A stretch of 64,000 nt of DNA from an uncultured Sphingomonadaceae bacterium (GTDB taxonomy: Bacteria > Pseudomonadota > Alphaproteobacteria > Sphingomonadales > Sphingomonadaceae). The translations under genes were made by a program, and so were the position numbers. The stretch spans positions 12,004-76,003 of the forward strand of contig CALKJZ010000007.1 in the NCBI GenBank assembly GCA_937995515.1, written 5' to 3'. Positions 16,830-23,600 of this stretch are shown in pieces. How positions within the stretch are numbered: position 1 is the stretch's first letter; every line of letters starts with the position of its first letter. The notes below the pieces were generated by a model. The model was not told where the DNA came from and searched no databases. It saw nothing but the letters and a program-made list of their open reading frames with translations.

Positions 16830-17681
16830 ATGCGCATTGCCCAGATCACGGATCTCCACATCGGGTTTGAGCCCGGCAACCCGCAGGAGCAGAACAGCCG
16901 CCGGCTCGCTGCGGTTCTGGCGCGGCTGCGCGCCCTTGCGCCCGATCTCGTGCTGGCAACCGGAGACCTGACCGAGCGCGGCGACCGCGAGAGCTACTGG
17001 CAGCTGCGCATCCTGCTCGAGGCCTCCGGCCTGCCGTTCCGGCTTCTTGTCGGCAACCACGACCGGCGCGACGGTCTCGAGTCGGTCTTCCCCGGCTCCT
17101 GCGACAGGCTGGGCTTCGTCCACCAGGTGATCGAGCTCGACGGCCTGCGCGTGGTGGCGCTCGACACGCTGGAGGAGGGCCGCCACAGCGGCGCCTTCTG
17201 TGCCGCCCGCGCGGCCTGGCTCGACTCGGCGCTGGCGGCCGCGCCCGATGTGCCGACCCTCGTCGCGCTGCACCATCCGCCGCTCGAGACGGGGATCGCC
17301 TGGATGACCACACCGGCCGGCGCGCCCTGGACCCGGCGGCTCGAGGCCGTGCTCGAGCGCCACCCGCAGGTGCGCCTGCTGGTGGCGGGCCACATCCACC
17401 GCCCGATTGCGGCGGGCTTTGCCGGCCGGCCGCTGTTCGTCTGCCCGGCATCCGCGCCGCAACTGGCGCTCGATCTCAGCCCGCTTCCCGACAAGCCCGA
17501 TGGCCGCGCCATGGTGGTGGACGAGCCCCCCGGCTTTGCGCTCCACATCTGGAACGGCGCCCACTTCGTCTCGCACCTCGGCCTTGCCGACGCGGGCCCC
17601 ACCATCGTCTCCTACGATGCCGGCATGGCCCGTGCGATCGCGCCCATCCGCGCCGAGCACGCCGCCGACCGGCACGGCTGA
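16830..17681 (+). CDS. Class III cyclic-nucleotide phosphodiesterase-type metallophosphoesterase (CpdA/Icc/SpdA-like), 283 aa
   Basis: Starts at ATG 16830 (MRIAQITDLHIG...). Metallophosphoesterase motifs: DLH, ATGDLTERG, VGNHDRRD, LHHPP and AGHIHRP. Confidence 0.85.
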   Translation: MRIAQITDLHIGFEPGNPQEQNSRRLAAVLARLRALAPDLVLATGDLTERGDRESYWQLRILLEASGLPFRLLVGNHDRRDGLESVFPGSCDRLGFVHQVIELDGLRVVALDTLEEGRHSGAFCAARAAWLDSALAAAPDVPTLVALHHPPLETGIAWMTTPAGAPWTRRLEAVLERHPQVRLLVAGHIHRPIAAGFAGRPLFVCPASAPQLALDLSPLPDKPDGRAMVVDEPPGFALHIWNGAHFVSHLGLADAGPTIVSYDAGMARAIAPIRAEHAADRHG

Positions 17682-17698
17682 CGGGAAGCCCGCGTCAG
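17678..17698. terminator. Short hairpin between convergent genes with both stop codons in the stem
   Basis: The sequence is ctgacggg-aagc-ccgcgtcag, an 8-bp stem with one bulge. TGA at 17679-17681 ends the phosphodiesterase gene and TCA at 17695-17697 is the tpsA stop. Confidence 0.3.
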
Positions 17699-20600
17699 CG
17701 CGCCGCAGGCTCCCGGTCCCGGCGCTCCTCCTCCTCGTCGCGGCGCAGGAAGATCGCCCCATCCTCGACCCCGACCCGGAACGATGCCCGGTCGTCGAGC
17801 AGGAACAGGATCTCGCCCCGCAGCAGCCCGGCCTCGGGCGCCAGCGGGTCCTGCGGCGCGAACTGGTCGGGCCGGAAGCCGAGGCCCGGGTCGGCAAGCG
17901 GCGGCAGGCAGCTTCCTGTTCCGTTGATCGCGCAGCTGTTGAAGCGCGCCGTGCGGCTGGTGGCGGCAACCGCGCCCGAGCGGGCGGCCTGGGGCCCGAA
18001 GAAGGCCCGCCCGGCGCCATTGACCACCACGCCGGACAGGTCGACCACGCTGCCACCCGTCACGGTGAGCACCGTCGGCAGCCGCGGGCCCTGCTGCTGG
18101 TTGGCGAGCACCAGCCCGGCATAGCTGCCAGGTACCGAGCTCCTGTTCTGCGACACGATCCGCCCCGGTGCTGCCACCGACATGGTCTCGGCCACGACGA
18201 ACAGCCGGTCGTCGGCCGGGGAGGGCGGCAGGTCCGGCGTTCCCGCCTGGACGTCGATGGCCGCCGGGTCTGCAGCTGCAACCGCGGCCTGGAAGGCGGC
18301 ATCGCCGAAGATCACGTCGCCAAGCGCGGTGATGGCAAGATTCTCCAGCGGGAACAGGGCGACATAGCAATCCTGGAGGAACAGCTGGCCGGCGCCGAGG
18401 CTGCCCGAGACCAGCACCGTGCGCGGCGTCAGCCCCTCGACCGGATTGGCACCGAGGATGATCCGGCCGCCCGCCTCGACCGGCGCAATGTCGCCCACCA
18501 CCCGGATGCTGGCGCCCGGGCCGGCATAGAAGCCGAACTGCGCAACGGCTGCCGGATCGAAGCGGAAACTGTCGACCGAAAGGTCCGCGCTCCCGCCCAC
18601 GCCATATTGCGCCTCGAAGGCGGCGCTCGCCGGCCCCTGCGGCGTGGTCGCGCGGGGCACCGCCCCCGTCGAGGCCGAAATCCCGCCCGGCGCGGAGATG
18701 CGCGCAAGCGCATCGGCCGGAACGACGAACCCCCCGCCTCCGGCCGCGCCGCCGAAGCGCATCGGGCCGCTGGCCACGAACCGCACCTCGGCGGCCTCGA
18801 GCGTCCCATTCAGGGTGAAGCCACCGCCCGCGATGGTTGCAACCCCGCCGGCCTGTGCCGATCCAAGCGCGAGCGTGCCGCTTCCGGCCGCAAGCACGCT
18901 GTCGCGTCCTGCGGTTGCAGTGCTGGCGATCTGGAGGCTGCTGGTGAAGCGGGCGAGGATGTCGGTCGGGGCTTCGAGGGTCCCGAATGTGCCGGTGCCG
19001 CCGTCCATGCGGATGTTGAAGCCGTCGCCGTCGCGGTCGGGGCCGATGCCGGTTGCACGCACGAGGCCCACGCGGATGACCGGGCTTGCAAGGTCGACAT
19101 CATCGTCGGAGATGACCTCCTCGAGGTCGATCGTCGCGCTGCCAGTGCCGACCATCCGGACCGGGCCGCCCGCGGCGACGGCACCTCCGCCCGGTGCCGA
19201 CAGGATCGAGAAGGCGCGCGCGTCAACCACGCCACCCGCGGCGATCCGGCCGAGGCGGAGGATGCCGCCCGCCACCTCGGGCGCGCGGAGCAGGAGGTCG
19301 CCGCCGGTCGTGACGGTGCCGGGCAGGGCCAGTTCGCCCCCGACCGTCTCGAGGCTGGCCGCGCCGCCGACGGAGGCACTGGCAATTGCCATGCGCGCGG
19401 CGCGAGCGACGAGATTGCCCGGCGCGGTGATGGCGCCGGTCTCGAGGCTGCCTGCGGTCTCGAGGCTGGCGTTCCGACCGGCCACGAGCGCGGCCAGACG
19501 CAGGTCTCCCACCCCCTCGACCCGGATGTCGCGCCCAGCCGAAAGCGGGCCGGGAGCCGTGAAGCCGGTGCCGGTCGCGGTGATCAGAAGGTCTCGGCCG
19601 ATGCTGCTCCCCGCGCCGAGTGCGAGGCTCGCAGCCGTGACCCGTGCGTCGCGCACGGTCGTGATGGCCTCGACGGCAACCGCGCCGGCTGCTTCGGCGA
19701 GGAAATCCTGCGCGGCCGAGACAGGCCCGAGCGTGACCGTGCCCGTGCCCCCGCGCACCTCCATCACCGGCCCGTCCGCCTCCGGGTCCGGCCCGAGGCC
19801 GGTGGTGGTGAGCGCACCCGCGCGAACCCCCGCCGACCCGGCTGCAAGGCGCAGGTCGTCGCCCGCCGTGACCGGCCCGTCCACCCGGACGAGGCTCACG
19901 CGCGAGCGCAGGTCGACATCTGCCCCGGCGGAGATTCCGCCCTCGACCTTCACCAGAAGCAGCGCCTCGAGGCGGACCGACCCTTGCGCGGCGAGGTTGC
20001 CGGCGACCTCGAGCGTGCCAGTGGATGCCTCGGCGTCGAGGTTGCGGCCCACGCCGGCGAGATTCAGCCGGATGCCACTGCTGCGAACCACGAGGTCGCG
20101 CCCGGCCGTCAGGCCCGGCGCCACGGCTGCCCCGTCACGGAAACCGGCGAACACGGCATCCCGGCCCGAGAGCCGCATGTCCCCGGCCGATTCGCCGGCC
20201 GCGATCTCGACGAAATTGCCAAAGATGCCGACGGTGCTGCCGTCGCCCTCGTCGTCCGGCCCGAGGCCGGTCGTCAGCACCTCGTCTCCCAGCACCAGGT
20301 TGGCCCGGGACGTCACGCGGATGTCGTCGCCAGCGACGAGGCGGCCGAAGTTGATGCCGCGGTCGGTTGCGATGTCAATGTCGCGGCCGGCCTCGATCGT
20401 GGCCCGACGGGTGCCGATGAAGCCGGTGGCGGAAAGCCGCGCATCGCGGCCCGCGGCAACGCGCACACCGGAGCCGAGACCAATCTCGTCGCCGGAGATG
20501 GCAAGGTCGCGGCCGGCGGCAAGGCCCTGTCCGCCGACGTCCACGAAGTCCGCGGCGGCGCCGGTGAGCGCAAGGTCGCGGCCTGCGCGAACGAGCCCGG

Positions 20601-23600
20601 CCGTGAACAGGGGGCCGTCCGTCGCCCGGACCTCGACATCCACCTCGGCGGTCGCCCCGAGCGGCAGCTGAACTTCGGTGCCGGTGATGCGCAGGCTGCC
20701 GCCGGCCACGGGCGTGCCGAACGCCTCCACCGGGCCGCCTGCGGTGAGGTCGAGGTCGCCGGCGGCGGCCGAAGCCTCGAGCAAGGCCTGGCCGGCCGCC
20801 TCGGCGACGATCCGGCTGCCATCCCCTTCCAGGTCCTCGCCCGCGCCGGTCGTCGTCGCACCGAGGCGGAGGCTGCCGGCCGAGCGCACGCGGACGTCGT
20901 CGCCTGCCGTCGCGCGGACACTGACCGGCCCGGCCGTGGATTCGATGCGGACATCCCGTTCGGCAGCAATGATGAAGGGAAAGCCGAGCGGGCCGGTCAC
21001 CGAGCCGCCCCGCAGCTGCGCGTCGCGGCCGGCCGAGGCCGAATCGATGATCTCGAGGTCTCCGCCCGCTGCGAGGTCGAGGTCGCGCCCGGCCGCGGCG
21101 GTTAGGGCCTCGATCCGGCCGCTGGCGGCGAGCGCCAGGTCGCGCACGGCCGCGAACGCGGAGCCGATGATGTCTCCGGCCGTCGCGGTCAGGCGAAGGT
21201 CGCGGCCCGAGCTCGGCGCGGCAAGATCAAGGGTGGTGCCCGTGACCAGGAGATCGCGGCCGGCGGCGACACCGCCGCCCTGGCCGAGGACGGCAGGGCC
21301 GGTTGTGGAATCGATCACGATATCGCCGGGGGCGGCGAGCGCGAGCGCCTCGGCACCGGCGGCCACGATCCGGATGTTGCTGCCATCGCCCTCGAGGTCC
21401 GCGCCATCGCCCCGCGTCTCGACGGTGCCGAGCGTTGCGGCGCCGCCGGCCTCCATGGTCACGTCATCGCCGGCCGAGACGCGCCCGGCCTCGAGCGTCG
21501 TGGCTGCGACGAGCCGCGCGTCACGCCCGGCCACCAGCCCTGCCTGGCGTGGCTGGATGCGGATGCTGTCGGCCTCAAGATCGGCATCCCGGCCGGCGAT
21601 CGCATCGGCGATGCCAAGCGGGCCAGCCATGCGTGCGCGGATGTCGGTCGGCGCATCGATGGCGATGAACTCCCCGAGGCCGCCGACAAGGCGCACGTTG
21701 AAGCCGTCGCCATCCACGTCCGGCCCGAGTCCGGTCGAGCGGACGAACCCGACGCGGATGGAGGGACTGATGAGGTCCACATCGTCGTCGGAGACGACCT
21801 CCTCGAGGTCGATCGTTGCGCTGCCGGTGCCGACCATGCGCACCGGCCCTGCGGCGATGGCGGTGCCGCCGCCGGGCGCGGCGCGGATCGAGAAGGCGGT
21901 TGCGTCGAGCCGGCCTCCGGCTTCCACGCGGCCGATGCGCAGGATCCCGTCTGGAGCATCGGGTGCGGTGAGCTGCACATCGCCCCCGGCGGCCAGCGTG
22001 CCGGCCAGCAGCAGCTCGCCTGCGGTCGTCGTGAGCCTTGCCGCGCCGCCCACGCTTGCCTCTGCCGTGCGCAGGCTGCCTGCGGTTGCGACAAGCGCGC
22101 CGGGCGCGGCAAGCCGCCCGGTCTCCACGAGGCCAGCGCCGGCAAGGCCGATGTCGCGCCCGGCCAGCACCTCCCCGAGCCGCACATCGCCCGCGCCGGT
22201 CACCGCCACGTCGCGCCCGGCCGAAAGGGGCGAGGTCGCCTCGAACAGCCCGGCGGTCGCAGTGATCACAAGGTCGCGGCCGATGTCCGCCCCCGCCCCG
22301 AGGCTGAGCGCGCTCGCTGTCACCCGCGTGTCGCGCCCGGTTGCCAGCGCCTCGATGCCGAGCGTGCCGGCAAGCGCTGCATCGAAATCCGTGGCCGCAG
22401 ACACCGTGCCGAGCACGGCGTTCAGGCCCTCGAGGCGGATGTTCGCCCCGTCGCCCTCGCCATCCTCGCCAACGCCCGTGGTGCGCACGGCCGTTGCAAG
22501 GATGTCGCCGGCGCCGGCTGCAACCGCCAGATCATCGCCGGCCTCCATGGTTGCAAAGCGCACCGTGCCCCCGGCGGTCACCGTTGTATCGCGCCCGGCT
22601 GCAAGCGGCCCGCCGCCCTCGACGCCGCCGTCCGAGACGATCCGCACATCCCGCCCCGCCTCGGCGGAGAAGGCCGCCGAGCCCGACGGGCCGATCGATC
22701 CGGCACGGATGTCGATGTCGGTGCCGGCCGTGGCCGGCCCCGCGCCGAGCCGCCCGGCAGCCTCGACGAGAAGCCGGCCTGCTGCCGCCACGGCATCGAT
22801 CTCGAGATCGCCGCCCGAGCGCAGCGTGAGGTCGCGCCCGGCCGCAAGACGCCGGCGCAGGACCGACCCGCCCCCGGCAAGGTTGAGCGTGAGGTCGCGC
22901 CCGGCCTCGGCAAAGCCGATCGCCGCACCCCGGGCCTCGATCAGAAGGTCGCGCCCGGCCCCGGCGCGGCTGCCATCCGGCATCTGGAACAGGCCGCCGG
23001 CCGAGCGGACAGTCACATCGTCTGGCGCATCGAGCTCGCCGTCGGGGCCGGTGCCCACCGAAACGCCAGCCGGCGCGACGAGCCCGACATTGCGCCCGTC
23101 GCCCTCGCTGTCCTCGCCAAGGCCGGTCGAGCGGATGCGAAGGCTCGCGCGCACGCTGTCCGCTGCGATCCGCACATCGTCGCCGCCCTCCACGATGTCG
23201 GCAAGGAACGCGCCCGCAAGCGTGCCCGCAATGTCGCGCCCGGCCTCCACGCGCTGCGCCGACACCCCACCGCCGGACAGCCCCACGTCGCGCGTGGCGC
23301 GGATGAGATCCACCGCCACCTGCGTGCCCGCCGCAAGCACCGCGTCGCGCCCCGCGCGCACCTCCCCGGCCGACACGCCGGCCGATGCTGACAGCGACAC
23401 GTCGCGCACCGCGGAAAACAGCGGACCTGCAATCCCCCCAGCGCGGACCACCAGCACAAGATCCCGGCCGGCCTCAAAGTCGGAGGCCGACAGCGTGCCC
23501 GCATCGACGAGAATGTCCCGGCGTGCAGCCGTGGTGCCGGCGAGCGCGGTTTCGCCCGAGGTGGTGATGCGGATGTCGTCGGCCCCTTCAAGGCCGCTGG

